Below are positions 1 to 13,900 of a stretch of DNA of 64,000 nucleotides, piece by piece. The stretch covers positions 1,250,356 through 1,314,355 of the forward strand of contig NW_003314274.1 in NCBI RefSeq assembly GCF_000143415.4. Direction: 5' to 3'. Numbering within the stretch: position 1 is the stretch's first letter; every line of letters starts with the position of its first letter. The translations under genes were made by a program, and so were the position numbers. The notes under the pieces were generated by a model, which ran no database searches, was not told the origin of the DNA, and saw only the letters and a list, made by a program, of their open reading frames with translations. Source of the DNA: Selaginella moellendorffii (Eukaryota; Plantae; Lycopodiophyta).

Positions 1-583
1 GAAAGCCCAAAGCGTGTGTTCCTCAAGGGGGGGGGGGGGCTATGGGGGGTTCCAAATGTATAGTAGGGATAGTGGGTAGGTCGGGCATGGCCGACCAACC
101 TGAGGCATAGTCTAGCTCCCACTTGCGTGCTTGTCCTTGTTCTGCGTCCGGCTTGGGTCTAAGCCCAAGTTCCATTCCATGCTAGCTGGTGGAGTACCCA
201 TGTCCTCGCGTTAGGCCACCGGTATGCCGAAATAGCGCCAGACTCCATTTGGCTCCGTTTTGCGTGCTGGTCCTGGCATTGGGATGCTGGTTGCTCTAGG
301 ACTGTTCCAAGTCGCTCCAGGCCCCTGTCCCTTCGCTCCTTGGGCTGTATGCTCGGGAGTTGCTCCGTGGTTCGGTTCCATCACTCCTTGGCGTCACGCT
401 TGGGAGTTTGGCACCGTTCCTTCGTTCAGTGGCCCAAGGCCCTGAACCTCGGGTTCCTATGGACACGTGGCATGTGACACGTGGCATCTGTCACGTGGCA
501 CAAAGAGGGTTTAGGTTCCGCTTCGTGGTGTTATCCTATGGTAAATCACCATAGGATAAAGGGTCAAAACCACGTGCGCTACA
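1..583 (+). repeat. LTR (5'-truncated by window edge) of a Gypsy-type family; same family as 3021-4156
   Basis: 1-583 aligns with ~3564-4156 and ends ...gctaca. No PBS follows it, and it retains more CpG than the second copy. Confidence 0.8.
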
Positions 584-3020
584 CTTGTAGACTTAGTCAA
601 GGACTATTGACACTTGCTTTGCTCGATGATGATTTAGCAGTGATGGGCTTGCTTTACTGAATGGTGTTGTGGAGGATCGTGTCATTAGACTTACATGAGC
701 TTTTCATGTTAATATGTCGACTCTACCTCTGTTTATATCATTTGGTTACATCTAGTCCATAATGTTGGATTTCATTAAGTCTTGGACATGGTGAATCACT
801 CCTTGATGATGTGTTATTTGTAGCTGAGTGTTGTTGAAGGATTGGTCTCGGATACTGAGTAAAGTATCTTTGACTTTGGTTAGCTTGGTTGCTAGAGAGT
901 TTTGAGTGGTGATTCACTCTTGTTTTCTTCTAGCTTTATTTTGGTGTTGATGGCATTGAAGTGATGCCTTGTCGTTGACATTGTTGATATTGAGATCTGA
1001 GTGAAATAAGATATCCTTCTAAGGATTGATATTGAGTTTCATTAGTCTTGATGAAGATAGTGTTGATAATTTGGCTTCTTTGTGTTGTTGGCATTCATAC
1101 ATTTACTAGTTAGCAACTGTATTGACGTTCAAATGAATTGAGTGGCAAGTTGAGTTAGTTGTGTTTTTGATGAGATTGGTTAGTAGGGGATGAATTTTAG
1201 CTTTTCCTTGAAACATGATTTAATCATGGACTACATTAGCCTTACAAGAAAAAAAGTTAGTGATCGATATTGACAATGTTGAATCTTTATTGGATTTGAG
1301 TTTGAATTGATCATTGATGATTCTTCTTGTGCTTGTTATGAAGTGAGTTACGTCTTGCTGTAGATGGATTCATGAAGGATCGATTTGATGATCACTTGTT
1401 AAGCATAGCTCCAAAGTGCTTAACTTTTGGGTTGATGTAGATATGTTCTTCATTAGCTTTGGTATTATGAAATATCACTTATGGATGTGTTGAAGAGGGT
1501 ATTGTGGGTTATAACTATAATTTCTTCTTTAGCATTGAAATTAGTTCATGCGAGACTTGTGATCATTGTTAAGCAAGACTTAACTATAGACTTCTTCAAA
1601 CTTTTAGTTCTTTGAGTTTATTATGCTCACTATTCCATTTGTTAGAAGTTGTTGGGAGAAGGCATTTTGGCTTGTTAGCTTCGATGTTGAAATTAATATT
1701 TACATCTAGCAATCATTGGTGATGCTTGATTATCATCTAGGATAGTTGATTATCCTTGTCAAAAAGTTTTGCTTGATTATTGTTGGTATAGTATGATTTG
1801 CCGTTCTTCGGGATGATGGATTCCTCTTTAGCCGATGATTTTGCATCTCTTTATTGATGGGATGATTGATGATCTTTCATGATGGTTAGTTGATTTTTTT
1901 TATAGCTTTTGGCTTTTCCGCAATACCACATGTTCTTTGTGGTTTGCTTTGGATTGGTCTCTTGGGTTTGAGACATCAGTAGGACGTTGCTGACACTTGC
2001 TTAGGCAACTTGAGTTCCTTGGTATTGTTGACTGGGATTTATTCAAATTGGCTGGTGCAATAGTTGGCATGATTAAGTGTTTGTTGGTCTTACCACATTC
2101 ATTATATTCTTTTGATTGTTGCTCGAGTTAGTTCTGATAGATTTGGATGTTATTTCCTTTGGGTGATATATTCACGAGCATTGTGCTTATCAATCAATAA
2201 TACTTTGTGTTCTTTGAGTTATCTTTGGTAAGTTGTTTGACATACTGTCTACAACCTTTGGTAGTTAAGTTTCATCATTGAGTTCACTTGATGATATACG
2301 TGCTATTGAATTTTGTTGGATAATACATTTTATATTTTCCAATCCTACTGATCTTGATGGTTCCTATACTGTCATATTAGTTTATCGGATGATAACTTTC
2401 TTGGAATACTTTTGTGTTCTAACCTAAGCTTTATTCACTAATAATTAAATCTCTAAGATATTATTGTCTATGACTTTGATATTGTTCATCTATTGATCTT
2501 TGAGTTTGGGCCAGTATAGGCAACTTGGTTTCGGCACTTCGTGTGCATGGTGAAATCTCTAGTCATGGGGTAGCTACTGTCGACTGGTCACATCACCTGC
2601 CTCTTTGTCGATGTTCCTTATTCCATTAAAAGGGCATGACCGTGTAAACAACTTTAACTGCCTGTTATCTAAACCTTACCGACGGGTTTAGTTTCTTTGC
2701 TCATGAGGGTTGGGGCCTCTGGCTTCTCTCTCTATGCCACCTGTAGGCAGGGGCGTATCACACTTTTGTAGCTGGGTGACACCCAAAGCAGCAATGGTGG
2801 CTGACTCCATTAATCATTTCCTTGTCAGCGACGGCCGGAAGGTGTTTGAGTTGGTAGCACATCCGTGTTAGACAAAGAGGTTATCCCCTAACTCATTTAA
2901 GTTGGTGCATTTCTCACATAGTGTGATTACCGTGAACTTTTTCTTGAGTTGTTTCCTTGGCGGTATTCTAGACTTGAGTATGCATCGACGAGGACGTCGA
3001 TCTTCCCTAGGGGGGTAGAG
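584..3020 (+). mobile_element. Decayed internal/3' region of an LTR retrotransposon ending in a polypurine tract
   Basis: Heavily C>T-eroded with no ORFs. Ends gacgtcgatcttccctagggggGTAGAG directly before tg at 3021. Confidence 0.55.
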
Positions 3021-4156
3021 TGTCGCAAATGTGACTTCGGGTATCGAAAGTTACTTGTCAGCTAGTCCTTACAGACACTCTTTCTTTACTACCACGATGG
3101 CAGGAGGTCGGTATTGCTGGACCCTTTATTAGTCCCTCTTGTTCAAGTGTTAATAAATTGGGCTTAGCATCTGTACTTGGCCAGATAAGCATAAGGAAGG
3201 AATTCCTAAGTGTCTATTTAGCTGAGCATACTCGGCCCGGCTTGTTAGTTCTCTTTTGCTCTGTCTTGCACTAGCTTGACAAGAACCCTCACGTATTGAG
3301 ATTAGTCCCTCAATATTGCTAGATGATAACTTACTGTGTCTACCAAACACCCTCACTATCATGCCCTTTGTGTTAATTTCATTTCGGTCCCAAATGCTAT
3401 TTATGGAAAGTGTCTAGATTTGCTCATTTGGCATATCTACGGAATGTAGAGATTGAATGGTATTTGTCCCATGACCTAATTCGCAATTTAGCGCCATTCC
3501 ATATTTAGTAAGTTTCGAGCTTGTCCCAGAGACTAACTCTTGATACTAAGGGAGGCTTGGGGTGAAAGCCCAAAGCGTGTGTTCCTCAAGGGAGGGGGGG
3601 ATATGGGGGGTTCTAAATGTATAGTAGAGATAGTGGGTAGGTCGGGCATGGCTGACCAACCTGAGGCATAGTCTAACTCCTGCTTGTGTATCTATCTTTG
3701 TTCTGCGTCTGGCTTGGGTCTAAACCCAAGTTCCATTCCATGTTAGCTGGTGGAGTACCCATATCCTCACGTTAGGCCACCGGTATACCGAAATAGCACC
3801 AAACTCTATTTGGCTCCGTTTTACGTGCTGATCCTGGTATTAAGATGCTAATTGCTCTAGGACTGTTCCAAGTCGCTCCGGGCTTTTGTCCCTTCCCTCC
3901 TTGGGCTGTATGCTCAGGAGTTGCTCCATGGTTCGATTCCATCACTCCTTGGCTCCAAGCTTGGGAGTTTGGCACCGTTCCTTCGTTCAGTGGCCCAAGG
4001 CCCTGAAACTCGGGTTCCACACCACTGTCCTTTGGACACATGGCATGTGACATGTGGCATCTGTCACATGGCACAAAGAGGGTTTATGTTCCGCTTCGTG
4101 GTGTTATCCTATGGTAAATCACCATAGGATAAAGGGTAAAAACCACATGCACTACA
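3021..4156 (+). repeat. 3' LTR (~1.1 kb), TG...CA
   Basis: Starts tgtcgc after the PPT, ends actaca. Its 3' half is homologous to 1-583. Confidence 0.75.
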
Positions 4157-7100
4157 GTGCAATTGCTTGATACTATATGATTGCAATTGACCAACTAAAC
4201 TCAGTTGATGGTGGCATTCAAGATGCATGGTATAGCTCTTCTTGCTTTTGCTGCCAATTCTTGCGTTTGGCCAGAGTTCTTCCATGGAAATCCTGAGGAT
4301 GATGTGTATTATTGGTTCAATCACTTCACGGTGATTGCCACATATTATTCTTAGGATGATGTTTGACATTTGCATGAGTTTCCCACGTATCTCCAAGGGA
4401 TAGTGTTGCAATGGTACAATGGTTTGAACACAGCCACTCGTGAGGATTTAAATATTCTCCCAGATGTCTTGAAATACATATTTAGACATGTTAACAATTA
4501 TGATGATGCTTTTTAACAATTGCATTGTCTTCGTCAAAGGCCTTCTGAGTTGGTGATGCAGTTTAGCATTTGTTTTTGAAGCCTTTTGCTTTGTGCGGAG
4601 CTAAATATGTCAGAGCGGATCAAGCTAGGTATGTTATAGCTAACACTTCATCAAGATCTTGTAGAATTTGTACATACACTTGCTTTAACCACCTGTAAGC
4701 AACCAAAGGGAACGACTCAAGAGACGATCCATGTGGTTCAAATATAGAGGGAAAGGGCCCATGATAAGAGTGCACCCTCTTTTCCAATCGGTTAAGGGTC
4801 TTGGGATACCTGGGGTTAAGCATCCTTGGGTTTGAATAGTACTGGGTTGGGTGATCTCCTGGGAAGTCCGAACTCTACAATTGGTATTAGAGCGGTCTTG
4901 GGTCCGACTCTGTTGGTTGGTTAAGGGAATCACACCATATGTTAATTGACATCTGGCTGGTCCAGTTTGCTCCCATTGGGCTCGACCCAAGGGGTAGGGT
5001 GTCAAGAGAGCGAGGCTCTCGGGAGAGTTGTAGCTCTTAGCTTCCGTTCACGAGAGCGTGAACTTGCAGGGAAGTGTGGTGGATTGTAAGCAACCAAAGG
5101 GAATGACTCAAGAGACGATCCATGGGGTTCAAATATAGAGGGAAAGGGACCATGAATAAGAGTGCACCCCCTTTTCCAATCGGTTAAAGGTTTTGGGATA
5201 TTTAGGGTTAAGCGTCCTTGGGTTTGAATAGTACTGGGCTAGGTGATCTCTCGGGAAGTCCAAACTCAAGAGCTTACACCACCCTTGATAATGCCTTTCA
5301 CCTGGCATAATGTTATGAGATGTTGCTTCTTCCACTTCTCACTACACATCCTTCAGCTCCACTTCCTATGGGAGATGATTTTGTTCCAATGGAAGTTGAT
5401 GTTGCTACTGTCCGAGTTCAAGGACAAGGGTAAGGATGTAGTCGTGGTCGTGATGTCCATTGTTGGGCATGTGATAAAGTTGGTCATACTTATCAGTGTT
5501 GTTAGTATTTTCTAGATTGGCAATCTCCATTTCCTAAGTGGAGACTTTGGCATCAACCGTCCTATTAGTGCTGCCATAGTGGAAGGTTTAAACACCAAGA
5601 TGTATTTGGAACACAAGGAGTTGTATGAGTAGTGAAGGAACCTTATGCAAATAAGTCAATGATCCCTCTATTTTTCATTCAAGAGTATCATCAAGGGTTT
5701 ATTTGGCATTAATTCATCTAATGTTTAATTTCCAAGCTCATTTTTATAACAAAAAGTCTCCTATTATTCTCTCTATATTAGTTGATATAGGTTTGAATTT
5801 ATCTTCTATTACTCGACCTATTGCCACATGTTGCCGTCTACATTTGCATCGTGCGGTAGAGCTAATTTTCATTCTTTATAACAACGGCTATACACACGTA
5901 TATGTGTGGGATAAAGCGGATTTGGTTGTGTATATAGGCAATCCCAAGCTTGAGTTATAGTCATTGCGGGTGGTGCCGAGTCAAGCTTTTGACCTCATCC
6001 TTGGTATGAATTAGTTATAGCACAATCATGCCAAATGTGACTTTAAGGTTTCTCCCCCCTATCTCATCTTCTTAATATTTCTTTCATTCCTTTACTTTTA
6101 CCTTTACTTCCATCACTTTTGTTTCCCCTTTATTTCCTTTTAAGTTTTTGTCTTGTTCCTCTCTTTCTTTTTCCAATCCCTCCGACGGTCTTTGTGTTGC
6201 AGTAGTTGATGAATTCATGAAGAAGTATGTCAATCTCTTTGAATTTGACTTATCATCTAGGGCCAAGATTGCAACATATCATCCTATTTTAATTGAGAAT
6301 GCTCGTTCAATCAAAAATTTTATTCATTGTCGGTTACCCAAAGAGATCAAAATTTTATATACTAACATCAAGAAGATGTATTTATTCAAAAATCATAGAG
6401 TCCTTAGGCGTGTGAACTTCATCTCATCCTAGATGTGTACCCTCTTCCTCACATTATTAATATCTTGAATCATTTGGGAAAAAGTCATTGGTTCACCAAG
6501 TTAAATTTTACTTCTGGATACTAAGTTGAAGAAAATATTCCTAAGATTGCTTTTTGTACAATTTGGTTTGCATGCATTTTTGGTGATGCTGTTTGGTTTG
6601 AATAATGCTCCAACAACTTTCTAGCGGATGATAGACAATGTTCTTTGTGATATGCCAGAGGTGACTACTGACTTCATCAATGATGTCTTAATCCACTCAG
6701 AAAGGATATGGGAGAAACACATCTGTGATATTCGTAAATGTTGGATCAGCTAAGGGAAGTTAATTTAAAGTTGAAGAAGTCAAAGTGTGTGTTTGGGTCC
6801 AAAGACACAATTTATCTTGGATTCTATATTTCTCATAAGGGTTTGCAAGTTGATCATGATAAACTTATAGTTGCTAAAGTTCCTTACTCCAAAGTGTGCG
6901 AATGATGTGTAGTGCTTCTTGGGCAAAGTGCAATATCTCAATTGTTTTGTTGATCATCTTTTTTATTGCATTGCACCATTGCAAGTATTACTAAAGTTGT
7001 CAACGTCATTTTTGTGAGTAGATGTTTTTGTGGTCTGTAAATTGTGAGTAGATGTTTATGGATCTCAAAGAACTGTTGACGACTTTTCTAGTTTTGGCAT

Positions 7101-8799
7101 ATCCTAACTACACTTGTTCTTTCATTTTGTGTATAGATGCTTTTGATATTGATTTTGGATGTGTTGATGCAAGAGAGCCCAAGTGTGCCTAGTCAATGCC
7201 ATCCCATTGCATATATCAACCATATATTACACCCAACGAAGGTGAACTACTCCACGACAAACAAAGAGTGTTTAACTTCAAGAAACTTCATACATATCTA
7301 TATAATTCTTGGATGTTATTAAAAGGTGATCATGTTGCAATTACTTTGTTATTGAAATGAAAGAACTTGGTTGGTTGTACTACTCAGTAAATATATGATC
7401 TTGATATTGTTCATCACCCGAGGAGTTCTGTTTGATGTTGATGCATTTTCTTGAGCTTTTCTTATTTCTTCACTCTTTTCTTATGTTTCTGACGAACTTG
7501 TTGTTCCAGCATCAGTGGATTTTTTGGATAAAGATTTTGTGCTGTCGGTGGTTGCCATACTTGACGTTCAATATTTACAAGGTGCAAAACAAGATTTACC
7601 TTTTATTGACAAGGTTTATAAGGCTCAAAAGATTGAGTCATGGATTCAAAGGCTTTGCGATGGGTTTGAGAATCTTGCATCACTTACTGGTAACTTGCCA
7701 TTTTGGCATTTACATTTTTAATATCATCTTGAGAATGGTCTTTTTTATTTTCTAGGGATGGATCATAATAATCATTTATGGCTAGTGGTGCCTTCAATCT
7801 TTATTCCATGCTTTCTATATGTCTACCATGATTCTCCTATTCTATGTGGGCATATAGGACATTGTCATATGATTGAGAAGTTGCACAAGTTTTTTTATTG
7901 GCTGGAGATGCGATATGATGTTATCTAGTATGTGCGCAGCTACGTTTGGTGCCAAGCTCATAATACTCCCCTTTGTGTTGCAAAAGGACGGTTGGAATCA
8001 ATTACAATTTCTCGTTCGTTTGAGTTGGTGGCATTTGATTTGATGGGACTTTTTCCACAATCGACTGTTGGTAATGAGTATGTCATTATTACTTCTAACT
8101 ACTTAACTTGCTAGGTGGAAGTCAGTATTCTTATTAGCCCATTTGCAATTGCTATTGGATGGTGTTCCAACATTATGTCCATAGCAGATTTTTTAAAATA
8201 ATGGTCCTGTATTTATGGTTGAGGCATTTCACGTTTTGATGTCTCAATTGGGGATACACCACACTTTCACGAGTGCTTGTCATTCATAGTCAGATGGTTT
8301 GGTAGAATGGCTTGTTTGGACATTCAAATGGATGATCACGAAGTACGTGAACTTTTAGCATTCGAATTAGGATGGTTATTTGCCATCTCTTTAATATACA
8401 TATGTCACAAGGGTGCAGAGTTCTATTGGTGCTTCACTATATAAACTCATATATAGTTATAATCCAATACTACCAATAGAGTTAGGTTTACCATCGCAAT
8501 TCCCACGGGCTACCAATGCTAAGTCGTGGGATTAGTATTTGATGAGCATTCTTCCACTTGTTCAAGCAGAGTCTCAAAGTGGATGACTTGGTGTTAATTC
8601 ATTTTCCTAATCTTATGGTACGTGGTCTATTTAAAGTGCTCCTTGCTCATTGGAAAGGTCTATATCGAGTTTTGTGGCAAGTTAGACCACAAATTTATGA
8701 GGTTTGTCATGATATCCAGCAAGCCGATCCTCCAATACAAAATGTTTCAACTGTTGCATATACATAATTGCTGGATCTATAAATCTATTGATGCCTCCT
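4157..8799 (+). pseudogene. Degenerate Ty3/Gypsy gag-pol (interrupted by Cassandra and by the 8800-19125 element; PPT and probable 3' LTR start at ~19193-19208)
   Basis: Relic motifs in PR-RT-RH-INT order: Gag zinc knuckle CWACDKVGH (~5462), protease LVDIG (~5780), RT LVMLFGLNNAP and FINDV (6580-6690), integrase AFDLMG (~8030). Many stops and frameshifts. Confidence 0.8.
4694..5278 (+). mobile_element. Cassandra TRIM retrotransposon with 5S rRNA-derived LTRs
   Basis: LTRs 4694-4879 and 5085-5278 (TG...CA), PBS tggtattagagc (iMet) at 4882, PPT gggaagtgtggtggat, perfect TSD CCACC (4689-4693 / 5279-5283). Each LTR contains a 5S A/IE/C-box-like segment gttaagc...agtactgg...ggtgatctc..gggaagtcc. 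Confidence 0.92.
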
Positions 8800-9203
8800 T
8801 GGTGAAACTACAAAATCACCTCTACAATGATCTTGTGAATCCTCTCTAATCTAAACTAGATCCAAACATAAAAAAGAAAGAAATACTTAGCCATGTGCTG
8901 TCGCAAAGATGTTGATGCTGAGATTGATGCACATCTCACAGCCTTGATCCCCAGAAAGCAGTGAGTAAGATAGGCATGGAAGAGAAGAGTAGATGTTGAG
9001 CAAGTGGAGTGTATATTATTATGGCCAAGGATATAAAAGACAGAAAGGGGATAGGTCCGGCGTGCTATCACCAGCCTATATAACCACTACATGCCCAGTC
9101 ATCCAAGTCAAGAATTTAGACCGGGAGAAATCCTGATCTCAATTCTTGACTCAAGAAATGCCTTTGTGCGAAAATCACGATGCAAAATGCATGTACCTCT
9201 CTA
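8800..9203 (-). repeat. 3' LTR of the 8800-19125 element
   Basis: Direct repeat of 18722-19125; about 9 substitutions by eye, all transitions. Confidence 0.93.
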
Positions 9204-9238
9204 CTCTCCGACAACTAGAGTTGAGCGGCTCTTGCAGC

Positions 9239-10920
9239 TCAAGCTTCCATTGTGGTGGTGGTAGCAGTTGTGGTGTTAGCCTCTGGTTCTTCCTCAAAGT
9301 CCTCGAGCTCGTCGTGAGTGTAGTTCTTTATGGCAGTCTTGAGCACCTGTAGTCGGGCCTTGAGCTCCATGTTCTCTTTGGTGAGGCGGGCATTCTCGAG
9401 TTGGTACTGCTGCGCTAACTCGAAAGATTCTCGGCAAGTGTTTTGTGTTGGGAGTCCATGAGCCTGTATAGTACGAAGGATTCCCTTTACCTGATCGAGT
9501 TCCTGAGCCATGCTCGCCATTTTCTCCTCGTGTGGACGTGCAAAAACATTGCGGAAGAAGCTCTCCATTCCGTCCCATGTGTACACCGCCATGTTGGAAT
9601 TATGGTATTGCTCCAGGAAGTTTGTAGGCATGGGACAGATCACTTTTGGTTGTTGCTGGTCCTGATGATGATGATGCTCCTGCTGCTCCGAATTGTAGTG
9701 GTGGCGCTTGTTGTTCACGCACTCATGATGAAATTGGCATTGCATTGTTGAACGAGGAGGCTACATGTTGTCGGTAGTGGTGTCTGGAGTAAATGTCTGT
9801 TGCGTCTCAGCTGGCTGCTGTAGCTCAGTTGGCTGCTGCAGCAAAGATGGCTGCTCCTCAGCACGCTGGTGTGGTGAAGATAGCTGCTCAACAGGCTGTG
9901 GCAATGATTGTTGGTGCTGCTCGACTAGCTGCAACGGTGGAGACTGCTGCTCGACGGGCTGCAACGGTGGAGACTGCTGCTGAGGCTGGTGTTGCTCGGC
10001 GGTCTGCTCCGTGGGTGGTTTGTAAAAAATGTTGTGCCCCTGCTCAACGGAGGGTGGATTTGTAACTGTCTCAGGATTTTCAAGAATATCCTGCATCAGC
10101 GAAATATGATCCTCCACTGGAATTGTTGTACCTAGAGACAGAGGTTGTGCCGGTTCCTGCGGTGGTGATGGTGGCAAATCCGGCTGCGGTGAGCTAGGAG
10201 GCTGCAAGCTCCTCGTTGGTGGCTGTGTAGGTGCCAAACTCTGCTGCCGTTTTGTTTTGGTTCTAGAAGTTCTTTTTGGTTGTTGTCGTCTTGGCACCGT
10301 GTGTTGGATCGTTTGCACATCACTATCGTCACTATCAACCTATGGAGGCGCAATGTTTCTTCGTCCTTGTCCCCGTGTCTTTCTTCGTGGAGTTGTTACT
10401 GTCTTTCGCTGGACCTTTTTCTTCTCGGTATTCATCAAGTGTTCTTCAGCTTGGCACTTTGAACTTTTTGTGGCTTCATGCTGTGGAGGCAGAGGTGGTG
10501 GACTGTAGATCACCATTGCTTGTTTTCTATGCATGATAATGGCTCGGACATACGGTAGTATCAGTGTCCTCACACATTTCTTCGTGTTGAGTTCTCCTGC
10601 CACCTTCTTAAGTTCTCTGCGAAACTTCAGGATCACATATCCTGCTAAATCCACTTTCTTCCCAGCTTGTAGATCCTCGTAAATGAAGGCCACTAATCTG
10701 CTCACTGTCATGGCTGTCTTCCGAAATTCCAGGTTGAGAACGAGGAACTTGAATATTTTGTATAGCTCGTCTTTGACGTTGGAGAATTGCAAACTAAGCG
10801 CCGAGTTGTAGCTCTCGGGATCTTTCATGATGTCGTGACTTAAAGCCCTTGTGCGTGGAGCAGAGACTGGCTTGCCTTCGTCTGGAAGACATAGAGCTGC
10901 TGCCAGGTGTTTGCATACTT
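9239..10920 (-). CDS. Extra 3' ORF(s) of the Athila/Selgy-like element (unknown helical domain, Q/P-rich repeats, coiled coil), fragmented
   Basis: Sense-strand ORFs 10340-11083, 9761-10318 and 9239-9745 lie between the integrase and the 3' LTR. No hydrophobic TM segment. Confidence 0.55.
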
Positions 10921-13900
10921 GTGATCTTGAATGGTCCTTCCCATTGATGTACCAATTTGCCTCCGATTTTGTCAACATTTCCTCTATACCATAGAACAAA
11001 ATTTCCAACTTCAAATCTATCTGTTTTCTTTTTAGTCTGTTTTCTATCGTGATAAGCTTTTCTCCTTGCTTGTATGGCTTCAATTATCCATAAAGCATAT
11101 AATCTTTCTTCATCTAACTTTTCTAGCATAGCCAATCTTTTCTTGATTGATTCATCTTGATTAATTTGCAGCTGAATTGCCATTCTCAAGGATGGTACAG
11201 TATATTCTAATGGTGTCAAAGCTTCAAGTCCATAAGCTAATTTGAACGGAGTTGAATTTGTTGAAACTTTATATACTGTTCTATAAGCCCAAAGAGCATC
11301 ATAGACTCTATTATCCCAATCTTTAAGATTGGTTTGCACTATTTTCTTCAATATATTCTTGAGTGTTTTGTTTGTGGATTGGGCTTGGCCATTGCCTTGT
11401 GGATAATATGGTGTAGATTTCTTATGTTTGATGAAGAATTTGTCTAGTAAAATTTTGATTGTTTCATTGAGGAAATGTGTTCCTCTATCCGTTACTATTT
11501 CTCGAGGTAATCCATATCTTGTGATAATCGTTTCATAAAGAAATTTTGGTGAATTCTTTGCTGTTGCTTTCTTGAGTGGTTGGGCTTCTGCCCATTTTGT
11601 CATATAATCTGTTGCTACCAAAATATATTGATTCCCATTTCTGCTCTTTTGTATGGGTCCTACAAAATCTAGGCCCCATCTTTGGAAAGGTTCCATTGCT
11701 ATAGTCGGATTCAGTTCTTGTATTTGTTTCTTGGGTGGAAATTGTGTACGCTGACAAATATCACAAGTTTGACAAAACTGTGAAGTGTCTTTCCATAATG
11801 TAGGCCACCATAGGCCTGCTTGCAATATTTTCCTTGCCGTAATTTCTTCTGCAAAATGCCCTCCAGAGCAACCAGCATGGGCTTTTTCTAGTAACATGTG
11901 TATCTCTTATTGCGAACGTACACATCTTCTTAATATATTATCATGTCCAATTCTATAGAGTCTTCCTCCGACGACTGAGTATCGTCGTGTCCTCAAGACA
12001 AATTGTTTCCTTTGATCTTGCGTGGTACATGTTGTGGGAACCTTTGTAGATGTTAAATAATTAAAGATTTCTTGAAGTGTATCGTGGGTGGTAATCTTAA
12101 AAAGATGTGAATTAGGTAAGTCATCGTTGGGGTCTTGTATATTTTCTCCGGTTGTAATTCTACTGAGATGATTAGCTTGTTCATGGTATTGGCCCGGTTT
12201 GTGAACTATTTCGAAATTGAATTCTTGTAATAACAAAAACCATCTTGCTATTCGTCCACTAAGGATGGGTTTGTTGAGTAGATGAATCAATGCTTGATGA
12301 TCAACGAATATTTTGACTTTGTTGGAAAGTAAATAATGCTGAAATTTGGTCAAGGCATATATCATGCCTAAGGCTTCTTTTTCTGTGGTTGTATAATTCA
12401 TTTCAGGTGGAGAAAGTCGTCGACTTGCATAATATATGGGGTGATCACGATGATCATCTTTTCTTTGGCAAAGAATTGCTCCTAGGGCATAATCAGAAGC
12501 ATCAACTTGTACGAGAAATTCTTGAGTCCAGTTTGGTTGGACCAGAATTGGTGCCTGTGTAAGTTTTTCTTTGAGTACCAAGAATGCTTGCTGACATTCT
12601 TGAGTCCAGTGATAGAATTTGTCTTTCTTAAGTAACTCAGTTAATGGTGTAGCGATGTGGGCATAGTCCTTGATAAATCTTCTATGGTAACCCATCTTGC
12701 CCAGAAAACTGCACAAGCTTTTAAGATCATGAGGTGGTTGCATTTTCATAATGACGTCAGTTTTAGCTTTATCGATTTGAATGCCTTGAGTGGAAACAAT
12801 GTGGCCAAGTAGTATGCCTAATTTAACAAAGAAAGTACATTTTTCAGGATTCAAAGCAACTTGGTTTTGTCTACATTTAATAAAACATTTCTCGAGGTAT
12901 TCAAGGTGTTTGTCTTTAGATCCAAAGACACTAAAGTCATCCATAAAGACTCACATGAAATCTGTGAGATAATCTTGGAAGGTATCAGTAATGATCCGTT
13001 GAAATGTAAATGGGGTATTGGTTAATCCAAATGGCATTCGCGTGTATGCGTATGCTCCCCATGGACTTATGAAAGCCGTTTTATGTTGATCCTCGACAGC
13101 TATATGTACTTGATTATAGCTTGAAAAACCGTCAAGAAATGAGTACATCTCATGTCCAGCAACGGCATCAAGTATTTCATCTGAAAATGGGATGGGAAAG
13201 GCATCTTTCGTTGTGGCATCATTTAACTTCTTGTAGTTTACACAGATGTGTAATTTCCCATTTTTCTTGGGTACAATGACTAAAGGTGATAGCCATTGGG
13301 CATTTTGTATTGGATATATGAATCCTGCTTCAAGGAGCTTGTTAATTTCAGCTTTTACTTTCTCAGTGAATGTTGGATTCATCCGGTAAGCAGTTTGTTT
13401 AATGGGTTGAACTCTTGGAAGTAATTCGAGTCGATGTGTACATAATTCAGGTGGTATACCCTTGAGGTCTTTATATGACCATGCAAAGACATCTTTATAC
13501 TTAGTAAGGAGCGTAGTAGCCTCAAGTTTAAATGGTTTGTCGAGTTGTGTAGCTATTAAGATGTTTTGTGGGTTTGAGGGAACCCCTAGATTTAATTCTT
13601 CAATATCTTCATTGATATTTACGCGAAGTTTGAATTCTTGATTCTCAGTGGTAAGTGCTGGTTCGTCTTGTATATCTAGGTGATATTCCGTAGTTTGTAG
13701 TTGTTCGGGTTGTATCGCTGGTCTTGCTTTTTGTATGATGGTTTTTGTTATATGTCTCTTCTTTAAATTAGGTTGTTTTGAATCTTCATAGTCTTGACAC
13801 TTGGTTATAGAGAGGATCCTGTTGAGGTCAATTTCTTGAATTGCCTTAAGTTTAGGATATGCTTCAAATAATTTAGCTTCTTCAAGATCATTTAAGCCTT

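Noticed and set aside
1-4156. Single intact element bounded by the 1-583 and 3021-4156 LTRs
   Set aside because: No PBS follows 583 and the two LTRs differ in decay level; more likely a younger copy nested in an older relative.
4810-4870. 5S rRNA gene
   Set aside because: Only the internal promoter portion is present, embedded in TRIM LTRs with PBS, PPT and TSD.
9239-11083. Retroviral env gene
   Set aside because: No signal peptide or transmembrane segment in the sense-strand ORFs.
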